This document shows, piece by piece, positions 14,171 through 26,803 of a stretch of DNA of 64,000 nt. This DNA comes from Chrysomallon squamiferum (lineage: Eukaryota > Animalia > Mollusca). Each line of letters begins with the position of its first letter. The first letter of the stretch is position 1. The stretch lies in contig CM022676.1 of NCBI GenBank assembly GCA_012295275.1, positions 3,224,001 through 3,288,000 of the forward strand, written 5' to 3'. The notes under the pieces are model-generated. The model did not search any database, was not told the DNA's origin, and saw only the letters and a program-made list of their open reading frames with translations. The position numbers and the translations under genes are program-made.

Positions 14171-14185
14171 CAGCTATAAATAGCC
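14171..14185. promoter_or_regulatory. MEF2 consensus site (CTATAAATAG), also TATA-like
   Basis: cagCTATAAATAGcc matches CTA(W)4TAG, with a CACCC box just upstream. An identical 15-mer occurs at 34242-34256. Confidence 0.35.
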
Positions 14186-15069
14186 ACATTACTACTCTCT
14201 GCTCCACTCCTACAGTAGTCATTTCACCTGCAGAAATATTTTCATTTATTTATTTCTTCTTTTTTTTTTTTTTTCTAACTAATACTTGCCCAACTATTTG
14301 TAATTACATAAGCAGAGACAGACAGAGGAATTCAAAGTATTGGGGCAAGGATGTCTGAACATTCGAAGCATGTAGAATAACAGGAGTGATATTTTGGACA
14401 AGGTCTGCAGATAGGAATTCCAAACACTGGCAGCTGAGTCTGGCTACATTTCAAAACAACACTTTATCCCACAGGACACTCTCTGTCTGCAGGTTAACAA
14501 TAATTTTATACATTAGTGATAGATAATGCCGTCGTTTTTAATATCGTCAATCCTGTAACAATATCTATGCTAATAGCCCCACAAAAACTGTATCAGTATC
14601 ATACAATAGATTGTGTCAACAAAAATTGTATTACAGCAGTTGTATACATGCTAATACATACTGTTACTGTTATATCATCAATGTATAACATTGTCAGATT
14701 TATACAAGTATCAATACAAGTTTTATCCAAGTATCAATACAAGTTTTATCCACGTTCTAATATGTATTTTAATAAAATCATCAGCAGCATCAGTATGATA
14801 CCACTGTTAGTGTATATGCTAATATCATTAACTGTTATACCATGTCTATCACAATACCTTCATTATAAGAATATTAAACTTAATGTCTGTTCTATTATCT
14901 ACAAAATCTCAGTGTAGGCATTATCAGTTTACAACCATTTTGTTATTACTGTTAATATATCAGTATTTTAAACATCTCCAGATTTATTTACGTCAATGGT
15001 GGAATCTTTAACATCATTATTGTATCTGGCAAATATTGTATCTGGCAAAACTGCTTGAGCAAAAAATCC

Positions 15070-15212
<143 letters not shown>

Positions 15213-18036
15213 CATCCTCACTCGCATTATCATTTTCATCATCCCTTACTTTCTCCCAGTTGTTCCCTTATAACATATATATAGTACTTGTATATGCATG
15301 CAGAACTATATACAAATCTATCAAAACCTATTTTCAGACCAGAATTGATGACATCTGGATTAATCTATCTCTCAATAACTCAGACAACAGTCTGCCCTGT
15401 ATCTCTACCACATCCATTTTTTAATACTAAAATAAACAAAATACATACATTTGTTTTTATTACAGTGAACTGATTTCATCTGTGATTACAACAAAAGATA
15501 TCTTTATGTGTTTTTTTGTGTATAGTTAGTTGCCTGTATCATATAAGAATATATTGGTATGTAAATGTGTGTTATGTGTGTGTTTGTATATGTGCATATG
15601 TGTATACACACACTTACACAGACATATATACACACATATACATAAACATGAGCATATATCTTATTTACAGAAGTTATCTTCAAAGGTGTAATTTTACACT
15701 TTGAATGATTACGCATGTCTGTCTATACATCTATAGGTTTGTGTGTCTAAATTTCACTTATGAACACAGAGGACTGGTGAACCTCAAACAGCGATATCCT
15801 CGGCTATTCACAAGTCGATCTGACGTCTGAAGGAAACACAAGTGATTAGAGCTCTATAGATTTTTATATATACAATCAAACAAGCTCTATAGAGAGAATT
15901 GAACACACAAAAGATGGAGAAGGTGGAAAACCTTGCGGCCAGACGGTGGGTAAACAAACGACTAGATAGAGTTGTTAAATAAGTAAATATTTATCGGCTG
16001 GTTATCAGGGGCTATTTTTGTCTCTGCCAGTCGAACTTAAAATTCCACAATTGCAGACAAATAAAGAGAGTTCATTTTCCGGCGACATCAGAGAGACAGA
16101 GATGATTATCACATGGCAATAAATTTATATGAAAATCTACTTAAAAGTTGTAACGGGTGATTTTATTTTTTAGCTATAGGTAAAAAGTATTTGATACTAA
16201 CTGAAAATATGTGAAGTCATAATAACTGCATGCATTTAATATTAGATTAATTTGTATGAATTAAACATGTTCAAATTAAGGTATTTAGATTTACTGTAAA
16301 TTATACAGATTTAATTTCATGTTAATTATATTAATTTATATTCACATTAATTTATTTCCAAATTACAAATTTGAATACAATTTCTCTTGTGAAAACTACA
16401 CTTTTTTTAAATTCATATTAATTATGCATATTTAAATTTCATATTAATTAAATATGTATTTAATTACAGGTCTTTATAAAGACATCATGTTTATTAAGTG
16501 ATTATAACACTGCTAATAAACATGATAAAAATGTTGGGTTTTTAAAATTTATATTTAAACTTCTTAAGACTTTTTTTTCTTTTTTTTTTTTTTTTTTTCA
16601 CATTTACTTTTGACAACAAGATGCAAATAAAGAAAATAATACATATGATAACAAACCCATATAAGATACACCCTCATATTCAACAAACACACAGAGATAC
16701 TTAACCTGACTTAAGAGACATTCAGACATTTAATGTAGTAGTTAATAAAACAGACACTTGTATCTATCAAATTAAAATATATTACAGTACTGCATGACAT
16801 GAAGAGAATATATGTCAGAGTTAACTCTTCAATTATTTTACATCCAAATAAATACAAATAAAAAGTTTTAGTATGTAACTATAAATTCCTTTTTTTCTCT
16901 CTCTCTCTATATATATATATACACGTATCTTTAATATTTTGCTTGGATTAATTCTTTAGTTAATAAGTATTATTATTTTAAAATCACAAGAAGTATGAAT
17001 AAAATTATTTTAACTTGTATAATTTAATATTAAAATATAATTATATGTAATAAAGTTTTTCCCAAAACAAATACTTCAATTAATAAATATCAGTTTAAAC
17101 CAAAGTAAGAATGTTTTAGTTTTTAAATTTTAATTAGTTATGTAACAACATACATCTGCCAAGATTCTATTTAAATTACTCAGTATTATTTTACACTGAA
17201 ATAAGTACAAATAAAATAAATGTATAATTTTGCAACATTATGTTATAGTTAAGTGTTATTTTAAACCAAAGTTTAATTTTTTTATATATATTTTTTAATT
17301 ACATAATAATATAAGCAAAACATCTGCCAAAATATTTTTAGAATTACTAAGTATTATTTTAAACCCAAATAAAATCATTGTATTATTTTGAAGTAATATG
17401 TAACAATTTGCCAAAATTAAAATGCATTATTTTAAACCAAATTAATTACTTATAGTATTTAAATTTTTATAGCTGGTGTTAATATGTAATAGACATATAA
17501 CCAAAATAAAGATAATTTGATTATTTTAAATGACTAGAACAGTTCTGAATGAATATAGCAACATATGATTTCTAAAATAAAAACAATTTTTTAATCTTTA
17601 TTTTTATATATATATATTTTTTATTATTATTTATTATTATTATTTTTTTTTTTTTTTTTTGTATAATACAGTTAATATTATAGTCAAATATGTTTAATTT
17701 ATAATATTATAAATTCAAACAAATACAAATTGTTACTATATATTTTAACTGTATGATTTATTTTAAAAAGTACATTTAAAAAATATAATAATAATAAAAT
17801 AAAATACATTTCATTACATAAACCAGAGTTACATAGTAATTTATGTTATTATGCAATGTTGTTGTATTTGTTTGTAGCACAATAAAATGGAAATTATAGG
17901 TAACTACTGTTATTTTTCTTTGTTCCTTGTAGGGTTTTATTTTCTAACAATAAAATTTCATAGCCAAAATAACAAAAGCATATATATTAAATAACTGATT
18001 ACTGCAACTGTGTCTGTCACTGACTGTGTAATAGAA

Positions 18037-18093
<57 letters not shown>

Positions 18094-18326
18094 TATGGAA
18101 ACTGTAAATGCTGCACTGTAATTTAGAGGATTTCTGTTTTATAATGATACATCTCAAATATATGTGGTAATAACAATTTTTTGTTTTACTGTCTGGCATC
18201 ATTACATAATGACTTCTTCACAATTTCATTTTGTAAACTAGGCAAACAGAAAGTAGTGTAAGAAAATAAACAAAAACAGAACCAAAATAAATAAATAAAT
18301 AATAAAAACAACAACAATAAAACAAC

Positions 18327-18378
<52 letters not shown>
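18037..18378. repeat. (TTA)n tract at 18037-18092 and (TAA)n tract at 18328-18378
   Basis: Direct reading. Similar tracts at ~9466, 25024, 26565, 51903, 61510 and 63340. Confidence 0.9.
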
Positions 18379-18381
<3 letters not shown>

Positions 18382-18450
18382 TCATAAATAAACAAATAAA
18401 AACATGAACAGAAAGACTGTCAGACATTCATACAGACAGGAAATATCAGA

Positions 18451-18712
18451 TACTCAATAAACATAAAAATCAAACAACTGACTCAGTGACAAAACATTTG
18501 TCAGATATTGAATAATAAGACAGACAGACAGACAGACAGACAAACAGGCACGTGACAGACAACTGGAGGGTCACATCGTCATTTTGAACTAACTCAAATA
18601 AAAATTCATACAACTTATCTTCGAATCAGGACAACTTTGCCAGCCATACTGCAGTATGGAGAAAATATTCAAACAACCATTAAATTACATTAGTTCTGCA
18701 CTCACTTAACAT
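18451..18712 (+). repeat. Copy A of a ~230-260 bp diverged direct duplication
   Basis: caataaacataaaaat...gactcagtgaca...tgaactaactcaaataaaa...aacttatcttcga...ggacaacttt...attcaaacaaccattaa is shared with 22177-22402. Confidence 0.85.
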
Positions 18713-20987
18713 ATCCGATGTGTCGTTTTTCAGTGAATGAGTACTCAAGTACCACATGATCCAGAAGAAAAAAAAAAAAGTAAAAAAAAAAAACATTCCA
18801 AAATTGAAGAATGTCTAGATGCCTTAAATGCCACATACATATCGCCAGTCTGTTGAAATACCATACACCAACAGAGTTCAATTTTCACCACGAACGTGCC
18901 AAAAATATACTTTTTTTTTTTTTTTTTTCTTCATCCAAACTTCTGCTTCGCTTTCTGGTAAAACAAATCTTTATGAAAGACCAGTGTGGCGAGTTGTCTG
19001 CGTGTAGACTTCCGCTTTTCCTGTCTAGACGGGGGTGTTGTAGCAGTCGGTCCTCCGACAGACAACATCGTTCACACAGTTACACATGGGTTAGTCAGGA
19101 ATGCAAACACAGAGAGGTTTAACGAAAAAAAAAAAATCTGATTTGGAAAGATCTCCTAACATTTATCTCCCCTAACATAATGACCTGTGTATAATAGTTG
19201 CTTTTTTTTTTTTTTTTCTGTGACAGTATGTTGAATCCATTGTTAAAAATGTAGAAGTAATATTAATAGTCATGAAGACTTTAAAAAAATAATTTCTTTT
19301 TACTCAGTGCATATTTCCAGCATGGTATCAGAAAAACTAATAATAATAATAATGTCTAAAATAACATCTCGGTAACTAAAAAATTAATTATATTACATGT
19401 AAATATCAGAATCAAAATTATGAATAAACAAATAAATAAATTTGTAACTTTATTTAAAATCTGTTTTTTTGATTTACAACAGTTTATAACAGATAAAAAT
19501 TAAGTGGGATATTTTTTCTGATTTTATCCCATAAATTCAAAATGTTAAATCAAACAGGTAAAAGCTATTAATAATAATAATAAAACTGTTAATAATGGTA
19601 ACATATTTGACTAAACATAAGCACTTATTTTTTTTGTTAAATGTAATCATCTATATAAAAAAAATGTAACAGCTATATAAAAAAAAATGTTATTATCAAC
19701 TACTAAATTTTTCAGTTTAAAAATAAATTCAAAATTTTGTTAACAATTATAAAGACCTCATGCAAGAGAAGAACAAAAACATACCTTTTGAAATGACGTT
19801 CTATCTACTGTAGCTCACAATTCATTATTGTTATAAATATATGTCAGTTAATTTCATATAAGCATTGCAGTTTGTATTTAAATAATATTTAAAAACGACA
19901 CCTGCTTAGAAAATTAAACCATACTCTGTAGATCAGATATTTTGGCAGAACTGAATCAGTGACAAATCAAAGGGAAATAATTCACAGAATGACTCAACGC
20001 CACTATGGGTGATGTACACTCAATGTAACACAGCAGTGCATGATGTCACCACTTCGTGTTCACCATTACACGTTTTATATCTATATATAAACATATATTA
20101 ATTATATAACTGATTACTTCAGCTATGTCTGTCACTGACTGTATGTATCTGGCTCTTTATCTGCTATCTATATATCTAACATTAATATCACATTTTCGTG
20201 TTCTCCACCATTATCCAGTAATATAATTTACGCAAGTGATGTATTTTTAATAACAGAAGGTAATGTCTTCATATGTCTGTCTGTATGTGTATTTGTATTT
20301 CTGATGTCTGTGTCTACATCATTAATATCACATATTCATATACTCCTAATGATTAAAAAGTAATAGAATTTACAGAAATGATAGATATTTAAATTTAAAA
20401 GTGCTGTACTTTTGTCTGTTTCCTTGTGTGTCTGACTGTCTGTATTTCTGTTCTGTATTCATCTCTTGAACCAGAAAATTACACAGAGATAAGCATATAT
20501 TTTTAAAAGTACAAAGCTTACTGCATTCATCTGTCTGTCTGTCTGCCTGTATGCCTGACAACTGTTTGTTCTTTTAACTTTATCTAGAATACTAACATCA
20601 TAATACAAAAATAATGGTTTATCGCAAGACGATACGTATAATCCAATACAGTTTTGTGCTTTGTCATTAAACATTCATTCATTTTAATTAACAGGCCTTA
20701 CAGAAATAATGTGTTTTTAATAACAAAAACTGAGCATTTCTGTCAGTCTGTGTGTCTGTCTTGTGTGAGATAGTACAGGTATTATCACCTCGTGTTATTT
20801 ACCATTCATTAGACGTAACTACAGAACAGATAGTGCAAATGTGTTTTTAATAACAGTTTATTAGAAAGGTGAAAAAAATAAAAATGTGAAAAATGTTTTG
20901 TATGATTATGTAGAATCAGTAAAGATGCATCAGATGAATGTCATGAATACATTTCAAAATGACTGATTTTTAAATTATGAATTTTCT

Positions 20988-21022
<35 letters not shown>

Positions 21023-22176
21023 AAGAGGGAAAAACTTCAAAGACCACTAAACAAAAAATGAAATGTCTTGTTAAATATGATATTAAAAAAATATATATCA
21101 ATTAACAGAATTTTATTGCAATCATTTAAAAACAATAAAATTATTTTATTTTGGTTATATATTTCTGTAATATTACGTAACTCTATGCTTGATGGTTTTC
21201 TCTTTATTATTTTTAATAAATTGTCAGTGTGTGCTTTTATTATTATGCTCTAAAGTATTTATGTTATATTACTGTTGTAAAAGAAAACAAAGTATATAAT
21301 GTAACCATCCCCCTGAATGTACACAGACTGACAAAACTACAGGACAAAGGAGGAAAGAGCATAAACTACTCATGTGGGTAACTTTATGGTGTCACATGTT
21401 TCTGTTTTTCAATTTAGAGGATAAAAATATAACAAAATAAAAAGCATACAATGACGAGACATACAAAGAAATGCTTTTTATGAAGAAAAATGTTGCACCT
21501 GCATCATTAATAAATGTTCATAATCTGCCGAACACTTTTTTTTCTTTTATTTCCTCTTTATATTTTATTAACCATATATTGACATTTGTAATAAAAAAAA
21601 AAATTTCCTTTTAAGCCTCACACCTGTGTTATACATACAGGTGAAAAACATATTACCTGCTGATCAAAAGGTAATTTTATCAGGTAAGACAGTGACTGAA
21701 ATGAGTTAGTCAGTCTTTAATGATAATCACTAGGATCACAAAGATCAGCTGTTGAGTGTCAAGAGAAGAGATTTAGTGACTGGAAAATGGATGAGTCACA
21801 ATTCAGTCACTAGTGTTATTTCTTTAATTAATCTGCCAATTATAAATCAGTGCTGTATGTTCAACTTAAAAGACTGACTCTGTGAATGAATATAGCAGAT
21901 GTCTGAAGGGAAGCAGAGATATCCTAACTCTTAATTTCACCTGTGTTACAATTTACTTAGATACTCAGCCTACACCAAAACAGTTCTGTTATGTTAATAT
22001 TACAGTTTCATGCCTTCTGAAGCAGCTTCTGTATTTCTATAAGTTATTATTATGTAAATACTCTGAGACATAAAATAATAATAAAAGTATACAGATAAGC
22101 ATCATATCGACAATTTACAAAATAACAAAAGAGAAAACCATCGAAAAAAACCCAGCTATGAAATACCAGACAGTCA

Positions 22177-22402
22177 GAACCAATAAACATAAAAATAAAA
22201 GAACAGACTCAGTGACAGAACGTGTCAGATATTAAATAATAATACAGACAGACAGGCAGACACACAACATCACTTTGAACTAACTCAAATAAAATTCATA
22301 GAACTTATCTTCGAGTCTGGACAACTTTCCCAGCCGTACTGCAGCATCAAGAAAACATTCAAACAACCATTAAGTGACATTAGTCTGGACTCGCTGAACA
22401 TA
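22177..22402 (+). repeat. Copy B of the diverged direct duplication
   Basis: Collinear match to 18451-18712. Confidence 0.85.
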
Positions 22403-23622
22403 ACCAGTAACAGCAGAAAGCTGAAGATCACTCCATTGTTAAAGTTTCCACAGCAACACAAAATTCGGTAACTATAACAACATGTTTTCATTTGTATCAC
22501 AGCTTTGTTAACATCATTAAGCCACCACATTAACAAAATATACAGTAACCATGTCAACACTACTTAGTCGCTCACTACAGGAACACATTTATGACCCTCT
22601 TAGAGAGTTCTTTTGATTAAGATTCAAAGTCCATCAAAGTTACAGGTGGCAGAAGCATGACCTAGTATCAGAGAGAGAGACACTAAAGCCAGGACAGATG
22701 CCATGTCCATACCAGGCATGCTGTAACAATATCCTCACACACACGTGTGAAGTCTATGAAATTATCTCATTATTATCAGTGATAAAAAGCACTTTAATAT
22801 GCACCATTACACACAGACGTCTAACTCAGACATCTAATTTAACCCAGACGAACAACTGTGTACTTCTAATTTAACCCTGTAATGGACATTTAGCCACACT
22901 GACCAGCAATGAGATTTAACCAAGCTGACCATCTGTGGACCTGTGGAAACAAAGCTTGGACTGACCACATGACCTGAAAACAGTTGACCTCAAATGGCTG
23001 GTTACCTACTGACTGGAATGCTTGCAGCTGTCTGGCAGTAAATCAATACACCAAGGCCAGCTGGTCAACTGGTTAGCTGGTCAGTGGGTCTGCTCAAGGT
23101 GAAAGGTCAATAAACTCTTAGCAGATGTAAACAACATGGAAAGCCCAGTGTTGTGCGAAAGGAAGAAACTTCACAAGGAAATCTTTGTACAGTGAGTTTA
23201 TTTACTTGTTTATTGTTTTATTATTATTATCACAACTGTTAGTAGTATTATGATAATTGTTATTGTTACATGTTTTTGTTCTTTCATTTTCAATTATTTT
23301 TAAGTAATTTTCTGAATTTTTCTTGATCTCTTTTGTTTCTTGTTTATCTGTTGTTTCATTTTTTTTGAAATATTGAATACATTAGAAACTAACATTTTTA
23401 TTAATTATTATTACTTCCTTAATTATTTATTTTTAATTAATATTCTGAACAATTTATCATGTTAACAAATATGGCTTTCGTTTTTGATTTTTCTATACCT
23501 TCTAACAATATTTTCCTTTAATTTTGTTTTATATTATTATTTAGTCTGTGTGTGTGTGTTCTAAATATAACTTCATAGCTTCACCTAGCAACTTCAAAGC
23601 AATATTTTAAAACTCACAAAAG

Positions 23623-23653
<31 letters not shown>

Positions 23654-23697
23654 ACTGCATTTATAATCATTTGTTTAATATCTAATTATCTATTTCA

Positions 23698-23731
<34 letters not shown>

Positions 23732-25045
23732 ATTTTAAATTCATCCACTTTGTTTAGAACTTAACTGTATTTTCTGTCAAAGTGTTTTCTGTTTCTAAAA
23801 CCTATACAGTACCTCAAATGACCCTAAACACTGACCCTTCATCTGGTGGTCAACGGGTCAGATAGTTCACTTAAAAGACAATGGTCATCCAAGGACAGAC
23901 AATAAACAGACTGAAAGGCAGTGGAACTCTTCAGGTAAGGAGATTATATAAGGTTACATAATGATGGCAAGAGTAGAAAATTGTCTCCCTTGGCTTGTAC
24001 TTGATTAGTTGAACAAATGTTTGTCCACGGAGTTTTTACTGGTCTAGTTCGATATGCAAGAACCCATGTACTGGATTATAAATAAACAAACAAACTAGCC
24101 CACTTTTGTAATCTCTTATTGATGTTGTATGGTGTAAAGGTTTATGTCTTATCAGTGGTGTAATAGTTTTTTTTTTTACATGTTTCATTTGAAGCTATAA
24201 CGAATGACATAAGCCAGTAAATAAAATGCTACCATTTTGTTATCTAGATTTCATATATGTTGTGATTTCTGAGGGTGGTGAGTGTAGCTATTTAAAATGT
24301 TACTTGCACTAACTAACTAATGATACCATTTGTATTTTATACAAAAAAAAATGTTTTTATTTTATCTACGACATTCAGTATTTATTTCCAACATATTTGT
24401 CTGCAACTAGTTTGTGTAATTTACAATTCATATTATTTATAACATTTTTCTTTCTGATTTGTTTATGTTATTTTATTTTAATTTATTTTACTTTTTAAAT
24501 TTAGTATTTTTGCTTGCAACTTTCATGGTTTGTATTTCACAATGTTAATCTTTTTAATATATAACATTAATCTTTCTAAAATATTGTGATAATGTTCTAC
24601 AATTAACAAATAAAAATAAAACTATTTTAAATAAACTTTTTATCATTTACAAAAACACTACATTAAAAAACTATTTTACAGTCTTCAAATAACATTATAC
24701 TATTAAATTTTTTAAATAAAGTTATTAAATTTTACACTAATTTTATTTATAGCATTTTCATTTCCTCTTTGTTTTTATATTATTAACGGATTATAATAAA
24801 AATTTGAATTCTTTTGATCTTGTATTAATTTAATTTTACTGGTTTCTGCATTTCACTAAGAATTATGTAGAATTTATACTTGGAATAACAAGAAGCTTTA
24901 CGTTACATTTTTATTCCTTTTTTGGTTTTAATATATATATATTTTTTTCATTTTCTTTTAATAAATGTTGACTGTATTACAAAACATTGTCTTTCAACAA
25001 CACCACCACCATCAACAACAAGAATAATAATAATAATAATAATAA

Positions 25046-25082
<37 letters not shown>

Positions 25083-25564
25083 TAAAATTACTGCTCTTCA
25101 AACACTGTTTTATTCCTTGAACTGTTTTGCAAAGGTTACACCAGTCAAGATCATTGTTGTATTCAACACAATATTTTCCACAATTCTTTATTAAAAACCA
25201 CTGTACAGTGATGCAAATTCTAACCATAATATACCAAGCTTCAGAATTTAAACAAAATCACATGAAAAACTAGACAACATTAGTTCACAATATTTACAAA
25301 ATTCACAATATAAGGAAACCTTTCTAGAATTTGAGACAACCCATACTTCAGAGAATAAAATGTATTTTTTTTTATCAAAATTTACGTCACAATATAAGCA
25401 AACATTTTTATTTTACAACTTCAGACAGTCATATTTCACAGAACATACACATTTTTATCAAAATTCACTTCACAACATAAGCAGATTTCAAGACAAAATT
25501 CAGACAAGCTTGTATCAAAATTTAAGCAATTCTATAAATATTTATGCAACGTCATACTGCAATT

Positions 25565-25930
25565 TAAGAAACCTCATATGAAAGTTTAACCAAATTTATA
25601 TCACATTTAAAAATCCTCATTCAAAAGTTTAAACAATTTTATATCAAAATTTTAAAATCCTCATACAAAAATTGAAACAACTTTATACCCCAATTTTAAA
25701 AAGCTCATATAAAAATTTAAACAACTTTATACCACTATTTTAAAATCCTCATATAAAAATTGAAACAACTTTATACCACAATTTTAAAATCCTCATACAA
25801 AAATTGAAACAACTTCTCAACAGAATTTTAAAATCTTCAGACGAAAATTGAAACAACTTTATTGTACAATTTAAAAGTCCTCATACAAAAATTTAAACAA
25901 CTTTATACCCACTATTTAAAAATCCTCAGA
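25565..25930. repeat. ~44-bp minisatellite, about 8-9 copies
   Basis: Unit aaatcctcatacaaaaattgaaacaactttataccacaattttaa. Confidence 0.9.
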
Positions 25931-26399
25931 CAAATTTTTTTTTAAATGTATACCTCAAACAAATAAATGTCATATGAAAATTTCTTCTGAACAAAATAAA
26001 ACTTAAAATACCAGAGTTTTTGTAAATGATGTTATATAAGATGCTTGTTCAAAAAGCCAAACCTCACAAATGTAAGTATTACTCAAAAAAACCTAAAATG
26101 TGCACCTAACACCACTTTTCTTCAAAGTTTTCTAAAAGTGTTTTATTTTTACTTCAATATACTGATAACATTTTTGTTAACTCTTATTAAAACCAACCTA
26201 TATGTCAAATTTATTTCTCTTATCTTCAGAATTATTTCCTTGTTGTAAATAATTTAACTCTAATTAGAATCACCCCTAATTACATATTAAACCTATATAA
26301 TTTTAATATTAACTCAGTTAGGTTTGTATTTAAAAATATGTCTCCAATAATAATAAAAAAATAATAACAAACCAAAATGAAAATTAAAAATGTTCTTAC

Positions 26400-26472
26400 C
26401 TGGACACTAAACAGACTTCTTCAGTTGAAATGATTATTTTAGGAACAGGTGTGAAACAGTAATGGTCACAAT
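26400..26472 (-). CDS. Candidate 73-nt internal exon with only one open frame
   Basis: ttttaaatctttcag|ATTGTGACC...GTGTCCAG|gtaaga in very AT-rich flanks. Phase 1 in, phase 2 out gives (D)CDHYCFTPVPKIIISTEEVCLVS(R). The other two frames stop. Confidence 0.5.
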
Positions 26473-26563
26473 CTGAAAGATTTAAAAGTAAAATTTATAC
26501 AACAGATGTTAGACTGAAAATTTTAACATAACATAATAATATACATCAAAATATAAAATATAC

Positions 26564-26612
<49 letters not shown>

Positions 26613-26766
26613 GCATTATTAGTGATGATAGTAGAAGCATGATGGCTATTACAGTGGTTGTGGATCAACTATAATGTTGGTTATTAGGACTAATAAAAAA
26701 AAAAATTATGTTTGTTTTAACAGGAAGAACAATAATTAGTGTGTGGTGTCATTGATGGTAGTGGTG

Positions 26767-26803
<37 letters not shown>

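Noticed and set aside
19921-19945. tactctgtagatcaga resembles miR-10
   Set aside because: Seed mismatch and no precursor hairpin.
23070-23082. tggttagctggt resembles the 3' part of miR-34
   Set aside because: The seed GGCAGTG is absent.
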